Shown piece by piece: positions 1 to 8,765 of a stretch of 64,000 nucleotides of DNA. Source of the DNA: Candidatus Latescibacterota bacterium (GTDB lineage Bacteria; Latescibacterota; UBA2968); assembly GCA_965222605.1 (NCBI GenBank), contig OZ244960.1, positions 4,448,001-4,512,000 on the forward strand, in the 5' to 3' direction. Below the pieces are notes generated by a model. The model was not told the origin of the DNA. It saw only the letters and a program-made list of their open reading frames with translations, and did not search any database. Both the position numbers and the translations under genes were made by a program. The stretch's first letter is position 1, and each line of letters begins with the position of its first letter.

Positions 1-349
1 TCAGGAAATTTCTTTTTTTAAGGGCATTATCCAAGTACTGTTCAATAGTATTATCATGGATTGTTACATACTTTCTGAATTCAAAAAGTAATGCTCCCAT
101 CGTCTTTTTTTGGATCTTTGTCTCAATAGTTTCCAAATCCTGTAGGGTTAAAGACGTTTTTAAAATTTTGTTGTAAACCAATAGAAATTCACCAAGTGCA
201 GCCTCGAAAAAATAACTGTGCTGTGCTGCTGATCCAAAACACGCAAAAACGGCATTGAGTTGTCCTTCTTTGGTTTTTAGCATTCTCAGTGACTCACTCG
301 TGTATCCTACTTGATCGTCAAGAGTACGGTGTCTTAATTTATTTTTCAT
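1..349 (-). CDS. Hypothetical protein with HEPN-like features, truncated by the window edge
   Basis: Manual translation from ATG 349: MKNKLRHRTLDDQVG...FGSAAQHSYFFEAALGEFL...KKTMGALLFEF...LDNALKKRNFL, open to position 1. Low GC, directly downstream of hsdM-S. The KRNFL ending resembles the start of a HEPN R-x4-6-H motif, but the His would lie outside the window. Confidence 0.6.
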   Translation of the reverse strand, partial: MKNKLRHRTLDDQVGYTSESLRMLKTKEGQLNAVFACFGSAAQHSYFFEAALGEFLLVYNKILKTSLTLQDLETIETKIQKKTMGALLFEFRKYVTIHDNTIEQYLDNALKKRNFL

Positions 350-418
350 TTCAAGTATTCCATTTCAAGGATAAAAAAATTCCATAGGATTTTCTGGTCT
401 GAGACCAAATTTTTGGCT

Positions 419-2670
419 TTATTCTCCCCACACCCTTCCCACCGTATCCTGTATCTTCTTCTCAAATCGCTCAATCAACTCCCAGTTCGCATCCACCAGT
501 TCCTGCTCTGCTTCGATCTCAGCGACAATAGCTTGCTGAGTTTCGAGGGGTGGTAGAGGTATTTCAATGGATAGATAATTCTTTTGATATAGAGCTGCAA
601 CACTGGTTGTCCCATCCACGTAGGTACGAATTTTATCTTTTCCGTATTCACTATTCATTACCACATTGACGAAGTCAGAAAGAGCACGGGGGCCAAATCG
701 AATCCGCAAAATGTTGTTGTTAAATAGATAGCTTCCATCTTTACCATGGAATACTGTGGACTTGCCTACAAGCTCAGGGGAATTCCGAGTGTTATAAATG
801 AAGTCGCCATTATGTAGAGCATAGCGATTCAATTCCTCAGGCGTGGCATTGATGTACACCATATCTGAAAGATCAAGTGTTCCATTACTCGTAATGTTGT
901 TCATTTTAATATAGGGATAACAGAATGTAGGATCTTGCTCCGCTTTGTTTCTGACAAGCCCTGTAAGAACATTTTTCACTATATCGCCAATCGGAATACG
1001 TGGCCATTCAGGATCAACCGCAATGTGTGGTCGATAGTTCTCCACCACTGCCCGCGCTCCGTCAATCACTCGCTGATAGCCCTCTATTTCCGAGACGATT
1101 TCTCGCTGCACTTCAAGTGATGGTAGGGGAATTGTAATTGACTTCACATCAGACTGATTAATGCTTGGATAAGAGCCTTTACCCATCATCCTAACCATCT
1201 GATCAACCGATTTATCATGCCTCAGCATGTGGATTAAGAATTTGGAGATCACTCGGTCTTTTTTTGAGCGCAAAACAGCAAATCCAGTTGAAGCGATTGC
1301 TCGTTCCGGTATCTCTGTGAGAATGGTAAATGCACGTAAATTCGGTCGAACAGTTGAAAGCAGAATATCGTTTTTTATAACTGACCTTCGTGCCCGACTG
1401 GGGGCATTATCAGTTTCAATTTTATTTGCACCGAGGAATCGGCCAGACTCATTTTCAACACAAGAGATGTCGATATAATCAAAGTATGAACCAGCATACA
1501 GATCCGATGGTCTTTTAACTTCTGGGTTGATCTCACAAATTTCAGACAATTTAACTTGAGGATAATCTAAAGATCGCATATCTCCAACCCGATACCGCTC
1601 TCCGCTCAGATTGTATTCCCCGCCCTCTGCTACTTTTGTTTTTTCAACGATCAGTCCTCGTGTGGTGGATTCGTCCGTTGTGTACTGCGCCTTAGGTTCT
1701 GCGGCCATTGGTGTGGGCTGAGGATCATTTACTGCTTCGCCTGCTCGCAGTCGCGTGAGATATTCACAAAGCTCATCTGCCACTTGTGGCAGGTCGTTCT
1801 TGTCAATCTCCCGTCGTTGTGCGCCCAAATCAAAGCCGTCGTTTTCTACCTTAAAAAAGGCGATATGGTCTGTCTTTTTCGCCAGTACTTTGTCCAGTAT
1901 GAGAATGGAAGTTTTGACGCCTGAGTATGGATTGAACACGCCAGCGGGAAGCGAGATGACGGCGACGAGAAATTCTTCCACCAGTATTTTGCGGAGTTGT
2001 TTGTGGGCGTTCTGGCTCTGGAAAATGATGCCTTCGGGTACGATGATACCGGCGCGTCCCGCGGGTGTCAGATGTTCGGCCATATAATCGACAAATAGCA
2101 CTTCGCTGCGTTTGGATTGTACGGAGAAGCGGTTGTGCGGGCGGATGCCTCCTTTTGGCGACATGAATGGCGGGTTGGCGAGAATTACATCGGCGTATTC
2201 GTTCCAATTTTCCTCACTGGTGAGGGTGTCGTATTCAGAAATATGCGGATCGGCAAAGCCGTGCAGGTACATATTCACGAGTGATAGGCGCACCATATCG
2301 GGCGATATGTCGTAGCCCTTAAAATTGCCCGCCAGTTTCCCTCGCTCGTCTGGTGTAAGCGTAATTTGGCCCTGTTCGTTGGTATTGGCTTTGAGTATGT
2401 GCTTGTAGGAGGAGATTAAAAACCCGGCGGTACCGCAGGCCGGGTCGAGTACGCTTTCGTCCTTTTTCGGGTCAATGACAGCGACCATGAAGTCGATAAT
2501 ATGGCGTGGCGTGCGGAATTGGCCTGCATCTCCCTGCGAACCGAGTACAGAGAGCAAATATTCGAAAGCGTCGCCGAGTCGCTCGGAGTGGTCGTACTCA
2601 AATTCGTCAATGATTTTGAGAAAGGCGCGCAGGGTCTCGGGGTCGCGGTAAGGCAAAAAGGCATTCTTAA
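419..2670 (-). pseudogene. hsdM: Fused N6-adenine DNA methyltransferase + specificity subunit (HsdM-HsdS), 3' part, interrupted by IS1380
   Basis: GQFRTP, DPACGTAGF (SAM binding) and NPPF (catalytic) motifs, then two TRDs each closed by an IPLPxLExQxxIVxEIE conserved region. The frame continues from the 5' fragment (…RDIF|KNAFLPYRDPETL…). Confidence 0.9.
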
Positions 2671-4377
2671 CCCGACTAATTCATGAACTGTAATGGTTGG
2701 GGTTGTTTGTCAGGCGGCATCGGTTCCAAGCATCAAAATGAGGGTGCTTTCTATCTTGTCTGCCGTCATAGGCGTCTTCATAGAGTTCAAGCAGCCCAAA
2801 TCGTCCCCTGACAGGCTCTGCCAGTGTCAAAAGTACAGACCGGTCCCTTGCCAGTCCTGTCTGTGGATAAGTCCGTGTATTTGTAAAGTCAGCAAGTGAT
2901 GGGACAGACCCCTATTCCTTCCCCGTTGATGGGTTATGGCACCGCCTTTGCCAGATTGCACAGGATTTTATCAAAAAGGTGTGGCAATGGAAATGACATA
3001 GGCAGATGGAAGGTGATCTTTGTTTTCAACTCACAGACGCGTCCGGCGACTTTAAGGAAACGATTTTGGAGGGTATTGACCTGTGCGTTTATCCACGTTG
3101 TGCCTTGTAATCCGATGTGCGCTAAGGTGTGCAACAAGACATAGGCAGCCGAATGGAGGAAGAGGCGGAACTGATTGGCTCCAAAAGCGTGACAGGACGT
3201 GCGGTCTGAGTGGAGAAAGGTTTTGTGATTTTTAATGAAGTTTTCCATCTGTCCGCGCGCACAATAGATATTTTGGTAGATAAAGGAGGCCCTTGAACTT
3301 TCAAGGTTGGTCACGACAAAGCGTGTGTTTTGGCCTCGGGTGGTGATTTCAGCTTTGCATAAGATGCGTCTGGCACAGGCCCAAGTCTGGGCTTGGTAAT
3401 AAAATGAGGTAAAAAGTCGCACGGGCTTGCCGGTTTGTGCATAAAGGCTTTTGGTCTGATCCATCAGGGGCTTTGAAAGGGCTAAGAGTCGGGTATTGGC
3501 ACTTTGTCCGAGGATAAAAAAGAGGTCCTTTGTCGCACAAAAGTCCTGGACTTCTGGACTTGAGAAGTGGGCATCGCCTCGCAAAAAGAGTGCCACCTTT
3601 GGCCAAGCCTGACGAATATAAGCGACTAACCGCTTGAGAATGGTGACAATCTGTTTGCCATCAGGACGCACACCCGGACGTAAAATCGTCGTGATTAGCT
3701 TGCCCGATTGCCCTTCATAAATATGCAAAGGCTGGTAGGAGTAGGCACCCAAATACCCATTGAATAAGGACAACTGCTGCGTCCCATAAACCCTATCCTG
3801 CGTATCATCAATATCTAAGATGATCGACGAAGGCGGCTTTTTATACGAAGCAATAAAACAATCGACAAAGGCACGAGCAACGCGATACAAATCGCTTCTG
3901 CTCATCTGATTCTCAAACCGACTCATCGTGGGTTGACTGGCCAAGTTCTCACCACTTATGGGCAAGCGATCACAGGCAACCTTGAAGCCGGGATCGCTGC
4001 GTAAGGCATTGCAATCATTGGCATCTTCATACCCACAGGCAATTTGAAACACGCGCTGTTTGATCAACTCTGCCGTGCTATGCGCCACATAACTTTGATG
4101 CCGATGGTCTTTAATCGCGCGACTCAAACGTGATAAAATACCCGTTTTGGCCTCCACTTCTCGAAGCAATAAGGCTCCGCTATCGCTGGTGAGAATACCC
4201 CCATCAAAGGCGAGGTTGAGACGTTTGCCGAAAATGCTTGCCAAAGGAACCTTGCAATGATTATCTTGTGTGCTCACGGTAGTTTCTCCCAAGTTCATTG
4301 TTCAATGGTTATGCGTATAACCTAATATAATACAATAACTTGAATAGGGAAACTACCTTTTTTATGAATTTTTCGGG
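2671..4377 (-). mobile_element. IS1380-family insertion sequence (1707 bp)
   Basis: Imperfect TIRs CCCGACTAATTCATGAA / CCCGAAAAATTCATAAA; TTAA target duplication at 2667-2670 and 4378-4381; single DDE transposase. Confidence 0.92.
2934..4298 (-). CDS. IS1380-family transposase
   Basis: FDGGILTSDSGALLLRE, GYEDANDCNALRSDP, LDIDDT, LRGDAHF and RGQMENFIK motifs typical of IS1380 transposases. Confidence 0.92.
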   Translation of the reverse strand: MNLGETTVSTQDNHCKVPLASIFGKRLNLAFDGGILTSDSGALLLREVEAKTGILSRLSRAIKDHRHQSYVAHSTAELIKQRVFQIACGYEDANDCNALRSDPGFKVACDRLPISGENLASQPTMSRFENQMSRSDLYRVARAFVDCFIASYKKPPSSIILDIDDTQDRVYGTQQLSLFNGYLGAYSYQPLHIYEGQSGKLITTILRPGVRPDGKQIVTILKRLVAYIRQAWPKVALFLRGDAHFSSPEVQDFCATKDLFFILGQSANTRLLALSKPLMDQTKSLYAQTGKPVRLFTSFYYQAQTWACARRILCKAEITTRGQNTRFVVTNLESSRASFIYQNIYCARGQMENFIKNHKTFLHSDRTSCHAFGANQFRLFLHSAAYVLLHTLAHIGLQGTTWINAQVNTLQNRFLKVAGRVCELKTKITFHLPMSFPLPHLFDKILCNLAKAVP

Positions 4378-4691
4378 TTAAAAATGTCCCGAAATAGAAG
4401 TGGAATGCCGGGGTTTTCTGGCATCCTGGTAATGGCCTCGGCGTAGAGGTTGAGCATTTCGTATCCACCCAGGCCAGAGCGCATCAGTTTTGCCCAACCG
4501 AAACGGGCGAACTCCTCAGCGAAGAAGTCCCGCTTTCCCCCGAGTTCTTCACTCTCGGCGTCCAGGTCGTCCATGAATTTGTAGATCAGCGCAATGGTGA
4601 TCTGCTCAACTTGACTCTTGGGATCGGGTACCTTGCCCACCAAGATATCGCGGGCAGTGTCAATACGGCGTTTGGTGTCTGTATCGAGCAT
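4378..4691 (-). pseudogene. hsdM: 5' fragment (HsdM N-terminal domain) of the interrupted hsdM-hsdS gene
   Basis: MLDTDTKRRIDTARDILVGKVPDPKSQVEQITIALIYKFMDD..., HsdM_N-like. Removing the IS and one TTAA copy joins it in frame with 419..2670. Confidence 0.88.
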
Positions 4692-4715
4692 GGGTAGGAC
4701 TTTCTTTAAAGAGTT

Positions 4716-4858
4716 ATCCACGAAGGGCACGAAGGACACGAAGGGTTATGAAGGTTTATGAAGGGGCCAAAGAGTCATTACGGGTTTTTCTTCGTGCATG
4801 TGAACTGCTGTTGAGGCGTCGCAGTTGTACACCGCCCGCGTCCTTAGTGGATCATTTT
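4716..4858. repeat. CACGAAGG-type ~9-bp periodic repeats downstream of the GxxExxY gene (one inverted copy, one interrupted direct copy)
   Basis: 4716-4744 atccacgaagggcacgaaggacacgaagg; 4782-4858 gggtttttcttcgtgcat[~38-bp insert]gcgtccttagtggatcatttt. Confidence 0.85.
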
Positions 4859-5235
4859 ACAAATCGTTTCCATTCCAGTTTACCATGGCTGCCAAAGTTG
4901 ATAAGAACACCCACTTTGAAGCCGGTTGCTTTCAGATAGTTGAGAATTTGAGCGTGTTCATTTCCAGAGAGACGATTAAGTGCTTTGAGTTCAACAATAA
5001 TCAGGTCAAAACAGACCAGGTCTGCAACGTATTGCTTATTGAGTATCTGGCCTTTGTACCGAACCTGAATTGGTTTCTGAGCATCAAATGGTATTCCTCT
5101 CGCACTCAATTCGATTTCCATTGCTTCTTGATAGACCGCTTCCAGAAACCCGGGGCCAAGGTTGCGATGCACTTCAATAGCAGCACCCACGATGGCATAC
5201 ACTTCCTCTTTTAGAATCAACTCTTTCATCTTCAT
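4852..5235 (-). CDS. GxxExxY protein (PD-(D/E)XK nuclease superfamily)
   Basis: 127 aa; LGPGFLEAVYQ (GxxExxY), ADLVC...IIVELKA, HAQILNYLKATG, GVLINFG. Confidence 0.93.
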   Translation of the reverse strand: MKMKELILKEEVYAIVGAAIEVHRNLGPGFLEAVYQEAMEIELSARGIPFDAQKPIQVRYKGQILNKQYVADLVCFDLIIVELKALNRLSGNEHAQILNYLKATGFKVGVLINFGSHGKLEWKRFVK

Positions 5236-5266
5236 GTCTCTCCACTACATGCATAAGGGGTACTTA

Positions 5267-5321
5267 GGGTTTTTCTTCGTGCATCTTTGTGTCCTTCGTG
5301 GATCATTTTTTGTGGATCATT
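5267..5321. repeat. Upstream direct-repeat copy flanking the GxxExxY gene
   Basis: gggtttttcttcgtgcatctttgtgtccttcgtggatcatttt (5267-5309), plus a partial gtggatcatt (5312-5321) overlapping the hsdR stop codon. Confidence 0.85.
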
Positions 5322-7833
5322 AGGCTACAAACTGATTCAATGACACATAATCTTTGACATACTCGGGGACGAGTGCGCGATACTTCTCTGGCACGGCGCG
5401 GAAGTCGCGGATGGAGAAGACCGGGTTGGTGGCGAGTTCGGTGTATGCGCGGTTTTCGATGATGTGACGAGTCTGATCGCTGGTGAGGTACGCCTTGAAG
5501 TAGGTCTTGAGGGCGGGGATGGAATGGGCGTCTTCCGGTTTGTTATCGGCGACAAATTTGTTGAATTCCTCTTCCAATAATTCGTCCTTAGACTTGAAAT
5601 GCGGGATGAGGTCAAAGACTTTTTCCAATATCTCGCGCAGGGTCAGGCGACGATCTACGGCTGCTGCCTGGCGGAGTTTGTTGAGGGTGTAGTATTCTTC
5701 GGGCTTGTCAAAGACTTCGCTGTTCACATAGTCAATCACGCGATCCCACTGTCCGGCTTCAACAGCTTTTACAATAGTTTCATCTTCACGCACTGTGTCT
5801 GCGAATTTGTCGAAGAACATGCGGTCAATTTTCATGCCGTCGTAGCCGATGTGCTCTTCCGTGATTGTTGACAGAATATCCCTACCCAGATGCTCATACC
5901 CGTAGCGTGTCGTTGGCCCGGGATCGCCTTCGCCCTCATTTCTGTGCTTGTACGCAGGCAGTTCCAATATCTCGTCGTAGTTGAATTCGGTTTCGAAGTA
6001 TTCGCAGTTGCCGAAGAAATCAAAGAGTTTGAAGGCGGTTTTCTCAGGGTGCGCGATGCGGTCCTTGTGGCTGTCGTCTAAGAGCAGATCGCGGAAATCG
6101 TGCTTCCGCGTGCCGCGCCCTTTGATCTGGATAAAATCGGTGGGTGAGAAGATGGGGCGGAATAAGCCGAGGTTGAGGATGTCTGGACAGTCGTAGCCGG
6201 TGGTCATCATGCCGACGGTGACGCATACGCGGGCTTTACTCGTGCGGTATTGGGGCAGGAAGTTGGCGGTGCCGAGCAGGTTGTTATTGGCAAAGTTGAT
6301 GGTGAATTGTTGCGCTTCCGGTATGAATGATGTGACCTGTACGGCGAAGTCGGACTGGTATTTGCCGGGAAATATCTGATGAGCCATTTCGTTGAGTATG
6401 TTGGTCAAGTGGGCGGCGTGGTTCTGGCTGACGGCGAAGATAATGGATTTGCCAATTTCACCGCTGACGGGGTCGCGCAGGGCGTTTTTGAGAAAAGTCT
6501 CGCAGAAAAGCACGTTGGTGGCATCAGAAAAGAATCGCTTCTCGAACTCGCGCTGTTTGTAGGTTTCGTCGTGATCTTCGCCCTCGGCATCGGTGAACGA
6601 GACGACGAAGCCCTGCTCAGAGAGGAGTTGTGTTGTGACATCGGTGCGGGCATCAACAACGGTTGGGTTGATCAAGACGCGGTCTTTTACGCCGTCGAGC
6701 AGCGAATAGCGAAAGGTGGGGTGTCCGCTCTCGCATCCAAAGGTGCGGTAGGTATCGAGCAGCAGGCGTCGTTCAACCTCGCGCGGGTCGCGTACCGCTG
6801 GGTCAGATGTTTTGACGCCGCGCAGGTAGTCGCGGGGCGTTGCGGTCAGGCCGAGTTTGTACCCGACGAAATAGTCGAATACCGCACGGGCATTGCCGGA
6901 GATGGAGCGATGTGCCTCATCGGAGATTACGAAATCGAAATCCGTGGGCGAGAAGATTTTCTGGTACTTGTTGTCGAATAAGAAGGATTGGACCGTGCTG
7001 ACTACGATCTCGGCACGCCGCCAGTCGTCGCGGTTCTCTTTGTAAATGATTGTCTCAAAGTCGGCTGAGAGCAATTCTGTGAAGACCTTTTTGGCCTGGT
7101 CCTCCAATTCGAGGCGATCCACCAGGAAGAGCACGCGGCTGGCATTGCCAGAACGGAGGAATAGCTTGATGATGGCGGCAGCGGTGAGGGTTTTTCCCGT
7201 GCCAGTAGCCATTTCAAATAGGAAGCGATCCTTGCCGTCCTTCACAGCGCGTTGCAGGGCGTGGACAGCTTGTAATTGATATGAACGGAGGAAGCGCAGT
7301 TTGTTGGCATTGATGAAGCGGGGGCGTTCGGCTTCGTTCTTCCACGCGGCTTCTGACGCATAATTGGGTCGTTGGGTGAGGACGATGTAGTCGTCGCTGA
7401 CACGCTCATCCACCAGACGCTGCGGATTGGGGGCTGTCTTTTGGTAGCCAGCGACTGAATCTGGCGTTGGGAATGCGGTGATGATGTAGGGGTTGCCCCG
7501 CTCGAGGTCCCAGAAGTAGTGGAGATTTCCGTTGGAAAGGATAACGAAGCGGCAGTTCTGTGAGCGGGCATACTTTCGCGCCTGTTCCTTGCCCACCAGC
7601 GGTTGCTTTTCCTCTGCCTTGGCTTCCAGAACGATGAGCGGAAATCCCCTGTCATCCAGCAGTAGAAAGTCGATAAATCCTTTGCGGGTCTTCTCAAAGT
7701 TGTCGCCGAGGGTGTTAATCTCTACACCTGCTTCGAGACGAATATTGGCGGGTTTGTCTCCTTCGTCGAAAAAACGCCATCCCGCTGACTCGAGTAGTTT
7801 ATTGATCTTTAGCCGTGCAGTAGCTTCGTTCAT
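5320..7833 (-). CDS. hsdR: Type I restriction endonuclease R subunit (nuclease + SF2 DEAH translocase)
   Basis: IDFLLLD...LEAK nuclease motif, EQARKYA, MATGTGKT Walker A, DEAH, MMTTGYD and QIKGRGTR motifs. Confidence 0.9.
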   Translation of the reverse strand: MNEATARLKINKLLESAGWRFFDEGDKPANIRLEAGVEINTLGDNFEKTRKGFIDFLLLDDRGFPLIVLEAKAEEKQPLVGKEQARKYARSQNCRFVILSNGNLHYFWDLERGNPYIITAFPTPDSVAGYQKTAPNPQRLVDERVSDDYIVLTQRPNYASEAAWKNEAERPRFINANKLRFLRSYQLQAVHALQRAVKDGKDRFLFEMATGTGKTLTAAAIIKLFLRSGNASRVLFLVDRLELEDQAKKVFTELLSADFETIIYKENRDDWRRAEIVVSTVQSFLFDNKYQKIFSPTDFDFVISDEAHRSISGNARAVFDYFVGYKLGLTATPRDYLRGVKTSDPAVRDPREVERRLLLDTYRTFGCESGHPTFRYSLLDGVKDRVLINPTVVDARTDVTTQLLSEQGFVVSFTDAEGEDHDETYKQREFEKRFFSDATNVLFCETFLKNALRDPVSGEIGKSIIFAVSQNHAAHLTNILNEMAHQIFPGKYQSDFAVQVTSFIPEAQQFTINFANNNLLGTANFLPQYRTSKARVCVTVGMMTTGYDCPDILNLGLFRPIFSPTDFIQIKGRGTRKHDFRDLLLDDSHKDRIAHPEKTAFKLFDFFGNCEYFETEFNYDEILELPAYKHRNEGEGDPGPTTRYGYEHLGRDILSTITEEHIGYDGMKIDRMFFDKFADTVREDETIVKAVEAGQWDRVIDYVNSEVFDKPEEYYTLNKLRQAAAVDRRLTLREILEKVFDLIPHFKSKDELLEEEFNKFVADNKPEDAHSIPALKTYFKAYLTSDQTRHIIENRAYTELATNPVFSIRDFRAVPEKYRALVPEYVKDYVSLNQFVA

Positions 7834-7854
7834 CCTGTTCTCTGTAGGAGTATA

Positions 7855-8736
7855 TTATCTATCACCCGATAACTTCACATAATCAATTTCCAGTGGTTGC
7901 TTGATCCGATTCGCAAGTTGCAGGAGATCTGGCCGGTCGGGTGGGACGTCTTTCTCCATCTTTCCGTCGGGATAGACTGTTACTGTGTCTATCCTTTTCA
8001 TGAATCCCTTCCTGGCTATAGCTCGATTGATCTGGAGGCCATCTTTTGAAATTGCCATGCGAGTCTGTAAAACGCGTCCCTCGCCGATAATGCGAAAAAG
8101 AAAACCCAGGATGCCGGATGTTGGGCGCCCTGTAAGCCCTTTGATCTCATCATAGATAACCCAATCCCCAAAATCTACCAATCGATAGGTCATCACCCGC
8201 TGATTGGTCACTTTCAATTTTGGCGTCGAAAGCGTATCCTGGTACGAATACCGATCCGGCTTGCCGGGCTGGTCCTTCCACCAAATTCTCACATTTACTG
8301 CCAGTTCTGGCGTTGGGGCTTTCTTTACCTCGCGGATGACCCGATCTACCCGATAATCTACTTCCGTAATCTGTTTGTATTGATAGGATAACTGCGCGTA
8401 CTGGGGCATCGCGTCTTCCGCGCGTGCGGTCACTTCCATAAATGCCTGAAACCAGTTCTCGTACCCGATAAATAGCGGTAACCCCTGCGGATCGCGCGCT
8501 CTTGCCTTTTGCGCGAGATAAAGTATCATATCCCCCTGAAATCGCGCGCCATTGGTCGTGGCTGTCGGGTCGTAATCACCACACTGCCGCATCGCCTCTA
8601 TTGTCTCTTCCCGACTCACGACCTGATACCCCGGACGCACTTCGTCTGCTTCGACACATGCTGGTCGATCCAGTAAGAAGAAAAAACAAAGGAGGGTTGC
8701 GATTCTCAACCCTCCTTTGTAGTGAAGGCGCGTCAT
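7855..8736 (-). CDS. Hypothetical exported protein; start uncertain
   Basis: 293-aa ORF with a signal-peptide-like N-terminus (RIATLLCFFFLL...VEA); no family recognised. Confidence 0.6.
   Translation of the reverse strand: MTRLHYKGGLRIATLLCFFFLLDRPACVEADEVRPGYQVVSREETIEAMRQCGDYDPTATTNGARFQGDMILYLAQKARARDPQGLPLFIGYENWFQAFMEVTARAEDAMPQYAQLSYQYKQITEVDYRVDRVIREVKKAPTPELAVNVRIWWKDQPGKPDRYSYQDTLSTPKLKVTNQRVMTYRLVDFGDWVIYDEIKGLTGRPTSGILGFLFRIIGEGRVLQTRMAISKDGLQINRAIARKGFMKRIDTVTVYPDGKMEKDVPPDRPDLLQLANRIKQPLEIDYVKLSGDR
8675..8720 (-). terminator. Rho-independent terminator-like hairpin
   Basis: acaaaggagggttg-cgattct-caaccctcctttgt perfect stem, followed on the minus strand by a T-rich tract. Confidence 0.7.
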
Positions 8737-8765
8737 ATTATTCCTTGATTCCTGTAATCCGCGAT

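Noticed and set aside
2693-2899. 68-aa plus-strand ORF within IS1380 as a passenger gene
   Set aside because: No recognisable motif or RBS; it lies in the IS 3' non-coding region.
4716-4858. GxxExxY-flanking repeats as integron attC sites or CRISPR repeats
   Set aside because: The AAC...GTT hairpin is only ~33 bp, too short for attC; there is no integrase and no spacer pattern.
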